Shown here: piece after piece, positions 52,291 through 59,381 of the stretch
How the letters are laid out: each line of letters opens with the position of its first letter
Position numbering within the stretch: position 1 is the first letter of the stretch
Program-made: the position numbers and the translations under genes
Source: Candidatus Firestoneibacteriota bacterium
GTDB lineage: Bacteria; Oederibacteriota; D2-FULL-39-29; CAIOVX01
Assembly: GCA_903915125.1 (NCBI GenBank)
Contig: CAIWRR010000065.1
Span: 1-59,381 of the forward strand
Direction: 5' to 3'
Length of the DNA stretch: 59,381 bases
The notes under the pieces: model-generated
Databases searched by the model: none
The model's input: only the letters and a program-made list of their open reading frames with translations
What the model was told of the DNA's origin: nothing

Positions 52291-53984
52291 AGCTTCCCGG
52301 AACGGAAAATTGAGATGACCAGCCATAAACCGAAGATAGCTGCTATGACAAATCCAAATATTCCATAAACCGGGACTTCAGCTATCTTGGGTCCGGCCCC
52401 GGAGTGAATCACAATCGCGGAACCCATGACCAGCGCGCCGACAATAAGCCCGAAGGTAATGCGGTTTGACGCGCGGTCTATTTCGTTGATCAGCGGTTCA
52501 AGGCCAACATGCTCGAATTCCATCTTGAGCCTGCCTTTCTTTATCAGCCTGATTATATTGAGTATTTCAGATGGCAGCGACCTGAAAAGGTTGTAAACGG
52601 CCGCAGTATGTTTCTCGAGCTCGCGGAGCAGTTTCTTAGCGCTGAGATTGGCCCCGATATATTTTCTCGCGTGCGGTTTGGCGCTCGAAACAAAATCAAA
52701 ATCCGGCACAAGCTCGCGGATAATGCGCTCCACCGAGTACATAGTCTTCGCCAGCAGCGTGAATTCCTTTTCAAACCTGACTCCGTAGCTTCTCGCGAGT
52801 TCCGAGAGTTCCGAAAGCGCCATTCCGATGTCAATTTTTTCGAGAGGAAAACCCTTGTAGCGTTCAAGCAAAACTATTGCTTCCTTCTGGAATTCGGGAT
52901 TTTCCTCGTACTCGCTGACCAGGCCCACATTCGCCAGTTTTTCAGCAGAGAACTCCTCGTCCGCGAATGAAAGGAGCATAAAGGCAAGCCGCTTCAACAT
53001 ATATTCATCCAACCGCCCGGCCATGCCAAAATCCACAATACCCACAGCTCCGTCTTTTTTTATTATAATGTTTCCGGGGTGCGGGTCGGCGTGAAAGAAA
53101 GCCAATTCAAATATCATCGCGTAGTAAATATCTATGATTCGTTCTGCCACTTTTCTCTTTTCCGCGGCCGGAGACTTTGAGCGGATATAGGAGGAGATTT
53201 TCATCCCCTCTATATTCTCCATAACTATAACTTTCTTTCCTGAAAAGTTAAAATTGATCCTCGGGATGTGGACCGCGGTGTTTCCGGCAAAAGCCCTTCT
53301 GAATCTGTCGGCATTACTTACCTCATATGTAAAATCAAGCTCCTTTCTTATTGCTTTGGCAAACTCGTCCACAATGCCGGCCGGATTGTATACTTTAAGT
53401 TCCGGGGCGTATTTCTCGATGAGCCTTGCAAGGTAAAAGAGAATATCAATGTCAGTCTCTACTTCTTTTTCAATACGCGGCCGTTGTACTTTCACCACAA
53501 CGCTCTCTTTAGTGCCAAAAAGCACGGCGGAATGAACCTGCGCTATAGAGGCGGAAGCCAGCGGCTTCTCCTCTATGCTTGAAAAAACTGAGGACAGAGG
53601 TTTTTTGTACTCGGCTTCGAGTATTCTTTTTACTTCGGTGAAAGGAAACGGTTTTACGGAATCCTGCAATTTGGCAAGCTCTCGGGTGAACTTCACCGGG
53701 AGTATATCCGTGCGCATGCTCATAAGCTGACCGAATTTCACGAAAGCCGGACCAAGCTCTTCGCATGCCTTCCTGACTTCCTGCTCTACCAGATGATGCT
53801 CGGCTTCCTTAAAAAACCTTCTCTTCAAATGCAGAAGATGCCCCAGGTTCAGCTTATGCACCAGGTATCCCAGGCTGTGCCTGGCAAGAACATTAACAAT
53901 CTCGCCGAGTCGCCTGACATTGTTGCCTGTTCTGCCGATCCTGAAAATAGACATTTTCCTGAAAAACCCCCGAGAAAACTGCAT
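52287..53984 (-). CDS. ubiB: ABC1/UbiB-family atypical kinase
   Basis: FVKFGQLMSMRTDILP, PLASASIAQVHSA and HADPHPGNI motifs, with two C-terminal TM segments. Confidence 0.8.
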   Translation of the reverse strand: MQFSRGFFRKMSIFRIGRTGNNVRRLGEIVNVLARHSLGYLVHKLNLGHLLHLKRRFFKEAEHHLVEQEVRKACEELGPAFVKFGQLMSMRTDILPVKFTRELAKLQDSVKPFPFTEVKRILEAEYKKPLSSVFSSIEEKPLASASIAQVHSAVLFGTKESVVVKVQRPRIEKEVETDIDILFYLARLIEKYAPELKVYNPAGIVDEFAKAIRKELDFTYEVSNADRFRRAFAGNTAVHIPRINFNFSGKKVIVMENIEGMKISSYIRSKSPAAEKRKVAERIIDIYYAMIFELAFFHADPHPGNIIIKKDGAVGIVDFGMAGRLDEYMLKRLAFMLLSFADEEFSAEKLANVGLVSEYEENPEFQKEAIVLLERYKGFPLEKIDIGMALSELSELARSYGVRFEKEFTLLAKTMYSVERIIRELVPDFDFVSSAKPHARKYIGANLSAKKLLRELEKHTAAVYNLFRSLPSEILNIIRLIKKGRLKMEFEHVGLEPLINEIDRASNRITFGLIVGALVMGSAIVIHSGAGPKIAEVPVYGIFGFVIAAIFGLWLVISIFRSGKL

Positions 53985-53989
53985 GCGTT

Positions 53990-54094
53990 CGTTTACCGTT
54001 AACCGCGTACCGTTTACCGCTTGACGAATGTTTGTCGGAATTCAAAGTGCAGGGCATCAAACAAACGGTCAACGGTAAACCGTAAGCGGTACAC
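53990..54094. repeat. Imperfect inverted repeat built from TACCG/CGGTA and TTGAC/GTCAA units
   Basis: CGTTTACCG at 53990 and at 54011 (21 bp apart). Left arm GCGTACCGTTTACCGCTTGACG (54005-54026) faces right arm CGGTCAACGGTAAACCGTAAGCGGTACAC (54066-54094). Confidence 0.65.
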
Positions 54095-54102
54095 GGAACT
54101 TG

Positions 54103-54399
54103 CTAACGTCTCTTCCCTGTTTTCCTCGCTTTCAGCTTTTTTTCGAGAGCGGCAAGGTCTTCTATTGTGGCAAGATGAAGCTTTTTCAGCGCTTTTGTAA
54201 GTCCCGCTTCGGCTGATTTCGCCACTTCCGACTGCGTTTTCTTCGCCTTAGCGGCAAAATCCTTGTATATTTTTCTTGCTTTTGCCTCCGGAAGCACGCC
54301 TTTCTTCATTACTTCCTTTAAAAGTTTTTGCCCTTTCTCTTCCGCTACTGCTGCCAGTCCGAAACCGGCAGTTACCAGATTTTTCAATGTTTTATTCAT
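54103..54399 (-). CDS. Phasin-family-like small helical protein
   Basis: 98 aa, Lys/Ala-rich helical, with C-terminal LATIEDLAALEKKLKA typical of PHA-granule-associated/phasin-like proteins. Confidence 0.45.
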   Translation of the reverse strand: MNKTLKNLVTAGFGLAAVAEEKGQKLLKEVMKKGVLPEAKARKIYKDFAAKAKKTQSEVAKSAEAGLTKALKKLHLATIEDLAALEKKLKARKTGKRR

Positions 54400-54457
54400 A
54401 TATCCCCCTTGGCGGCACTCGCGCCTTACGAGTCGAATTTGTCTCGCTTCTATATTC

Positions 54458-54486
54458 AGTATAACGAATCACCCATATAATGTCTA
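54458..54486 (-). promoter_or_regulatory. Candidate promoter for the phasin-like/ubiB unit
   Basis: Minus strand reads TAGACA, 17 nt, TATACT. Confidence 0.35.
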
Positions 54487-54498
54487 TGCCGTCAGAGC

Positions 54499-54537
54499 AA
54501 AAGAAAAGGCGCGCCGTTATGACGCGCCCCTGTTTTT
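54499..54537 (-). terminator. Rho-independent terminator after alaS (hairpin usable in both directions)
   Basis: GGCGCG-N9-CGCGCC, followed by TTTTCTTTTG on the minus strand and CCTGTTTTT on the plus strand. Confidence 0.7.
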
Positions 54538-54545
54538 CCTGATTG

Positions 54546-57149
54546 CTAAATCAGCTGTTCTGTTTTTTTAACGAGCGCGTCAAGATCATCAACTTTCTTG
54601 CAGCCGCCCTGCGCCATATCAGGCCTGCCGCCGCCGCTTCCGCCTGTCAGTTTCGCTATCTCTTTGATAATATTTCCCGCGTTTACCTTGTCGGTCAGAT
54701 CCTTTGTCACCATGCAGAGATAGGAGGTCTTCTCTTCATTTGAAGCGAAAAGAACGATTACGCCGCTCTGCAATTTATCTCTGAGCTTATCTCCAATATC
54801 TCTCAAATCCTTCGCTTCAACGCCTTCAAGCTTGGCGGCTATCACCTTCATGCCCTTTATTTCTTTGGCGCTGCCGGCAAGGCCCGTGGTCTTCACCGCG
54901 CCTTCCCCGCGTCTAAGTTTAACTATATCTTTCTCGAGCGCTTTTATCTCCTCCGCCATCTTAATAACGCGCTCAACCACCTTTGCCGGATCCACCTTCA
55001 GGCTGTTCGCGAGTTCGTTAACTATCCTTTCTTTATCCTTGATAAGCTTAAAAGCGCCGACGCCTGAAACCGCCTCGATTCTTCTGATTCCGGAAGCGAC
55101 GCTGCTCTCTGAGACAATTTTTACCACTCCAATCTTGCCTATATTATTGACATGCGTGCCGCCGCAGAACTCCTTGCTCACGCCCTCTATATTTACGACT
55201 CTTACCTTATCTCCGTACTTTTCGCCGAAGAAGGCCAGCGCGCCGGTCTTTTTTGCATCCGCCGCGTCCAGTTCGTCCATCGTGACGTTCAGACTCTCCA
55301 GAATCCTTTCATTGACCGCGTTCTCAATCTTATCCAGTTCATCCCTGGTTACGGACTTAAAGTGCGTGAAGTCAAACCTGAAATAGTCAGGCCCGACAAA
55401 AGAGCCGGATTGGCGCACGTGATCGCCCAGCACCGCGCGCAGCGCCGCCTGGAGCAGGTGGGTCGCGGTGTGATTCCTCATGATCGCTTTGCGCCGCCTG
55501 ACATCAATAGAAGCGGTTACAGCGTCTCCCGGAGAGGCAACTCCCTGCAGAATTTTAACCCTGTGCACAAACACCTTTTGCTGAAACTTCTCAGTATTTA
55601 CTACTTCTGCTTCAAATTTATCTCCCTTAATCCGTCCGAGGTCGCCCAGCTGGCCTCCAGACTCGCCGTAAAAAGGAGTCCGGTCAAGGACCATAAGAAC
55701 TTCATCGTCTTTCTTAGCGGATTTTATGGCCGCGGAAGCCGCAATAAGGCCCAGGATCTTTGCTTTGCCCGAGTATCTCTCTTCTCCGGAGTAACCCGTA
55801 AATACGGTCTTGGGGAACTCGGCGAGGATGCCAGGCAGTTCCTTCTCGCCTGAGCCTTTCCACGCTCCTCTTGCCCGCTCCTGCTGTTCCGCGAGTGCGG
55901 CTGTAAAACCTTTATCGTCGACCTTGAGGTTTCTCTCGGCGGCTATTTCTTCAGTCAGTTCAAGCGGAAATCCGTAGGTGTCGTGCAGTTTGAAGGCCTC
56001 CGCGCCGGGTATTACGCCTTTGGACTTGGCCATAACTTCTTCCAGCAGGTTGATTCCCTGGTTTAGCGTTTCGCGGAACCTGTCCTCTTCCTGCTTGATA
56101 ACATCGGCTATCTGCACCCTGCGCTCGTTCAGTTCCGGATAGGCCTCTTTCATAAGGTCAACGACCGTTCCGGAGAGTTTATAAAGAAAAGAATTATCCT
56201 GACCGAGAAGTTTGCCGTATCTGACCGCGCGCCTGATAATGCGGCGCAGGACATACCCGCGTCCTTCGTTTAACGGGTGAATTCCGTCGCTGATTAGGAA
56301 CGTAGAAGCCCGGATATGGTCAGTAATGATTTTAAGCCATACATCCCGTTTTGCGTCTTTCTTGTATTCAGAACCCGTAAGTTTTGCGGCTTCCAGAACG
56401 ACCGGTTTTATGATGTCTATATCGTAATTATTCTTGGTATTCTGAAGTATTGAAGCCAGCCGCTCCAGCCCCATCCCTGTATCAACCCCGCGCCTTGCCA
56501 GCGGCAGCATTTTTCCGTCAGGCTGCGCGTCAAAACTCGGGAAAACATTGTTCCAGAACTCTTCAAACCTGTCGCAATCGCAGCCGGGTTTGCAATCCGG
56601 TTTGCCGCAGCCGAACTCCGCGCCGAAATCAATGTAGATCTCGCTGCAAGGCCCGCACGGCCCCGTGCCGCCTACCGGCCCCCAGAAGTTATCCTTTTTG
56701 CCGAGCTTTACAATTCGTTCTTTAGGCAAACCGATATGCTTGTGCCAGATTTCGCCGGCTTCGTCGTCGCTTTCAAAGATGGTAACCCAGAGCAAATCTT
56801 TGGGAAGCTTTAGAACATTTACAGAGAAGTCCCAGGCGTATTCAATGGCTTCCTTCTTAAAATAATCGCCGAAGGAAAAGTTGCCGAGCATCTCGAAAAA
56901 AGTATGATGGCGCGGGGTCAGCCCGACTCTTTCAAGATCGGGAGTCCTGAAACATTTCTGGCAGCTGGTCGCGGTGTTATAAGGTATCGGACCTTTGGTT
57001 GCATAAAGAGGTTTAAACTGGACCATTCCCGCCGAGGAGAAAAGAAGCGTCGGATCGTTGGACGGAATCAGCGAGTCGCTCGCCACGACCGTGTGCCCTT
57101 TACCCACAAAATATTCTATGAACAATTTCCTGATCTCGTTCGTTTTCAT
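54546..57149 (-). CDS. alaS: Alanine--tRNA ligase
   Basis: RHHTFFEMLGNFSFGDYFK, an editing-domain HTATHLL motif, and a C-terminal DHHA1-like GGGRPDMAQGG. Length 867 aa. Confidence 0.95.
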   Translation of the reverse strand: MKTNEIRKLFIEYFVGKGHTVVASDSLIPSNDPTLLFSSAGMVQFKPLYATKGPIPYNTATSCQKCFRTPDLERVGLTPRHHTFFEMLGNFSFGDYFKKEAIEYAWDFSVNVLKLPKDLLWVTIFESDDEAGEIWHKHIGLPKERIVKLGKKDNFWGPVGGTGPCGPCSEIYIDFGAEFGCGKPDCKPGCDCDRFEEFWNNVFPSFDAQPDGKMLPLARRGVDTGMGLERLASILQNTKNNYDIDIIKPVVLEAAKLTGSEYKKDAKRDVWLKIITDHIRASTFLISDGIHPLNEGRGYVLRRIIRRAVRYGKLLGQDNSFLYKLSGTVVDLMKEAYPELNERRVQIADVIKQEEDRFRETLNQGINLLEEVMAKSKGVIPGAEAFKLHDTYGFPLELTEEIAAERNLKVDDKGFTAALAEQQERARGAWKGSGEKELPGILAEFPKTVFTGYSGEERYSGKAKILGLIAASAAIKSAKKDDEVLMVLDRTPFYGESGGQLGDLGRIKGDKFEAEVVNTEKFQQKVFVHRVKILQGVASPGDAVTASIDVRRRKAIMRNHTATHLLQAALRAVLGDHVRQSGSFVGPDYFRFDFTHFKSVTRDELDKIENAVNERILESLNVTMDELDAADAKKTGALAFFGEKYGDKVRVVNIEGVSKEFCGGTHVNNIGKIGVVKIVSESSVASGIRRIEAVSGVGAFKLIKDKERIVNELANSLKVDPAKVVERVIKMAEEIKALEKDIVKLRRGEGAVKTTGLAGSAKEIKGMKVIAAKLEGVEAKDLRDIGDKLRDKLQSGVIVLFASNEEKTSYLCMVTKDLTDKVNAGNIIKEIAKLTGGSGGGRPDMAQGGCKKVDDLDALVKKTEQLI

Positions 57150-57200
57150 TTTTTTCCTTTACAAGCCTGATTTTTTTGCAAAACACAGGAAACTTTTGTC

Positions 57201-57285
57201 GATTACGCGTATTACTTAAACAGATTACACAGATTAAACCCTGCTTGCTCAAATCCGCGTAATCTCTTTTCTAATCAGCGTAATC
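57201..57285. repeat. Four 13-bp GATTAC-N-CGGATT-type motifs, two forward and two inverted, phased at 21-22 bp
   Basis: GATTACGCGTATT at 57201, GATTACACAGATT at 57223, AATCCGCGTAATC at 57252, AATCAGCGTAATC at 57273. Confidence 0.7.
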
Positions 57286-57319
57286 ACTTTTGATATTTTA
57301 GCAGTTTACCCTAAAACTC

Positions 57320-57805
57320 TCAACCCTCATCGTATACCGTTCCGCTCAATACTTTCTTTACCACCTTAATAATCACGTCAATATTATAACCCTTTCTCGC
57401 GAGATAACCCTGCAGCCGGCGGGCAGCCGCCAGCTTCTCAAGTTTTTGCAGGCTCCGCATCCTCTTTACGGCTAGTTCCAGAGCCATCTCGTACTCGTCA
57501 ACGCCTTCGTAGGCCTTCTCAACCGCGCTTTCTATTATCTCGCTGTCCACGCCTTTGCGCATAAGTTTCATCCGGACCAGCCTTTTCCCGGCGCGGTTAA
57601 AGGTCTTGCTGTCAGCGGCAAAGGCCCTGGCATAGCGCCTGTCGTTGAGCCACCCTTCTTCCTCAAATTCCTTGACGACCGCGGCTATTACATCCTCTTC
57701 GTAAAGCTTGCGCTTCAAACGGTCAATGATTTCCTTTTTAGTGTACGATTTTTTGGAAAGCAGCATGTAAACGTAATTGCGGGCTTTGGTCTTAGGGTCT
57801 CGCAT
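57320..57805 (-). CDS. recX: Regulatory protein RecX
   Basis: 161 aa of three-helix repeats: ARNYVYMLLSKKSYTKKEIIDRLKRK..., RRLQGYLARKGY. Confidence 0.65.
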   Translation of the reverse strand: MRDPKTKARNYVYMLLSKKSYTKKEIIDRLKRKLYEEDVIAAVVKEFEEEGWLNDRRYARAFAADSKTFNRAGKRLVRMKLMRKGVDSEIIESAVEKAYEGVDEYEMALELAVKRMRSLQKLEKLAAARRLQGYLARKGYNIDVIIKVVKKVLSGTVYDEG

Positions 57806-58670
57806 TGTAATTTAGGTCCTTGGAGATGAACTCAAAGAGCGCTTCTTCCCATGGTTTCATTGTATCGCCGATGGTAGCCTCCAGTTTTTTATTCAGCAGT
57901 GCCGAAAAGAGCGGCCGGGGCGCGCCTGCGGGAAGAGCGGCTGATTTGATCGGAGAAATTGAGGCCGAAAGCCCTGCCAGGGCGCAAATTTTTTTCGCCC
58001 AGTCAAAACGCGAGCACCAGCCTTTGTTGACCGTATGATAAATCCCGGGTTCCGCCCCGTCAATGAGCCGTTCAATTATCCTCGCCAGTTCAAGAGAATA
58101 CGTTGGCGAGCCTATCATATCTTCCGGCACCGTAATAGGAAGTTTTTTTTCGGCGCGTTCCAGAATTTTCCTGACAAAGTTTGTCTTTTGCTTGCCGTAG
58201 AGGAGAGCCGTCCTGGCGACCAGCGAATTTTTCGCGAGAGTTCTTACCTTCTTTTCCCCTTCAAGTTTTGACTTGCCGTAAACGCCGAGAGGATTGACCG
58301 CGTCGCTTTCGGAATGAGGCTTCGCGTCAACCCCGTCAAACACGTAATCCGTGCTTACATGAACCAGTTTGCAGTTTGGGATTTCATTCGCGCAAAAGGC
58401 TATATTTCCTGGTCCATCCGCATTCACCGCGTAAGCCAGCTCAGGATTTGTTTCGCAGCCATCCACATCCGTATATGCCGAGGCGTTGATAACGGCTTCA
58501 GGTTTGAAATTCTTGAAGAGCTTTCGGAGGGACATCAGGTCGGTTATATCAGCTGCCGCGGTATTTTTCCCTTCAATTTTAAGATCTGAAAGCAGCAGCT
58601 CACGCCCGGAAAAAACCCTCGCAAGGTCATACCCCAGCATCCCTGACGCGCCCAAGATCAAGACTCTCAT
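57792..58670 (-). CDS. rfbD: dTDP-4-dehydrorhamnose reductase
   Basis: MRVLILGASGMLG, STDYVFDG and YGKSKLEGE (YxxxK) motifs. Confidence 0.85.
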   Translation of the reverse strand: MRVLILGASGMLGYDLARVFSGRELLLSDLKIEGKNTAAADITDLMSLRKLFKNFKPEAVINASAYTDVDGCETNPELAYAVNADGPGNIAFCANEIPNCKLVHVSTDYVFDGVDAKPHSESDAVNPLGVYGKSKLEGEKKVRTLAKNSLVARTALLYGKQKTNFVRKILERAEKKLPITVPEDMIGSPTYSLELARIIERLIDGAEPGIYHTVNKGWCSRFDWAKKICALAGLSASISPIKSAALPAGAPRPLFSALLNKKLEATIGDTMKPWEEALFEFISKDLNYNARP

Positions 58671-58692
58671 ATAACTCCGCTTTACTAACAAA

Positions 58693-59381
58693 TTACTTTA
58701 ATTTCTTCCACCACCATTTATTTTCAAGATACCACTGGACGGTCTTTTCCACAGCCGTTTCAAAATCATACTTTGGCTTAAAGCCCAGCTTTGCGGATTT
58801 CGCGGACGCAATAGAATACCTGAAGTCGTGCCCGAGCCGGTCTTTCACATAAGTTATCAGCGACTCAGGCCTGTCGATCAGTCTCAGTATGAGTTTGGTG
58901 ATATAAATGTTCTGTTTCTCGTTCCCGCCGCCAAGGTTATAGACCTCGCCGGATTTGCCTTTATGCAGAGCAAGATCCACACCCGCGCAGTTATCTTCCA
59001 CGTAGATCCAGTCGCGGACATTATTGCCGGTTCCGTACACAGGAACTTTGAGATTTTCTAAAGCGTTTGTGATAAAAAGCGGAATGAGTTTCTCCGGATA
59101 CTGGAACGGCCCGAAGTTATTTGAACTTCTAGTAATTATTACCGGCATGCCGTAGGTTGTGAAATAGGACAGCGCGAGCAGGTCTCCCGCGGCTTTGCTG
59201 GAAGAATAGGGGCTGCTTGGAGAAAGTTTATCTGTTTCCCTGAAAGAACCCGTTTTCCTGCTGCCATAAACCTCATCCGTGCTTATCTGCAGGAACTTCT
59301 TTACCCCTGCCTTCCTTGCCGCTTCCAGCATCGTGTAGACGCCAAAGTAATTTGTGCGGATAAAAGCTTCCGGGTCGTCGA
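58693..59381 (-). CDS. rfbB: dTDP-glucose 4,6-dehydratase (5' end outside the window)
   Basis: STDEVYG and YSSSKAAGDLL motifs. The frame stays open upstream of the listed Met (..DDPEAFIRTNYFGVYTMLEAARK) to the window edge. Confidence 0.85.
   Translation of the reverse strand, partial: DDPEAFIRTNYFGVYTMLEAARKAGVKKFLQISTDEVYGSRKTGSFRETDKLSPSSPYSSSKAAGDLLALSYFTTYGMPVIITRSSNNFGPFQYPEKLIPLFITNALENLKVPVYGTGNNVRDWIYVEDNCAGVDLALHKGKSGEVYNLGGGNEKQNIYITKLILRLIDRPESLITYVKDRLGHDFRYSIASAKSAKLGFKPKYDFETAVEKTVQWYLENKWWWKKLK

Overview
This 59.4-kb bacterial chromosomal window is transcribed almost entirely from the minus strand. Only a tRNA-Leu, a cyclase-family gene and a GGDEF gene lie on the plus strand. 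The gene content (desulfoferrodoxin, rubrerythrin, rubredoxin, split transketolase, TolC/MacA-type efflux, SurA-like chaperones, prepilin peptidase) suggests an anaerobic diderm bacterium. I cannot name a taxon from the sequence alone. Most of the window is ordinary housekeeping: smpB, queD/queE, the conserved block rpsB-tsf-pyrH-frr-uppS-cdsA-dxr-rseP-ispG, split tkt, an ABC-F ATPase, argJ/argC, two parvulin chaperones, nfo, aroK/aroC, pilD-like, folD, ychF, mltG-ruvX-ubiB, alaS, recX and rfbD/rfbB. Four parts stand out. (1) At 41.9-50.7 kb, a tightly packed nine-gene operon sits behind a near-consensus promoter. It runs from an SPFH/zinc-ribbon protein through a 5-TM protein, a 667-aa two-TM coiled-coil protein, two diverged tandem paralogs, a beta-helix (bactofilin-like) protein and two lipoproteins to an M23 peptidase. 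Most of these products match no family I recognise, and this is my best candidate for an undescribed system. (2) At 38.9-41.9 kb, a second unit links three tiny coupled ORFs to a fragment-like ABC-2-type membrane protein and a DUF4091-like secreted protein. (3) At 34.5-36.8 kb lies an oxygen-detoxification cluster containing a 54-aa rubredoxin gene that is missing from the ORF track and overlaps both neighbours. (4) Several intergenic regions carry their own phased short-motif arrays. All functional calls rest on motif recognition by eye. No database search, HMM, folding or statistics were run, and start codons and promoter or terminator calls are provisional.
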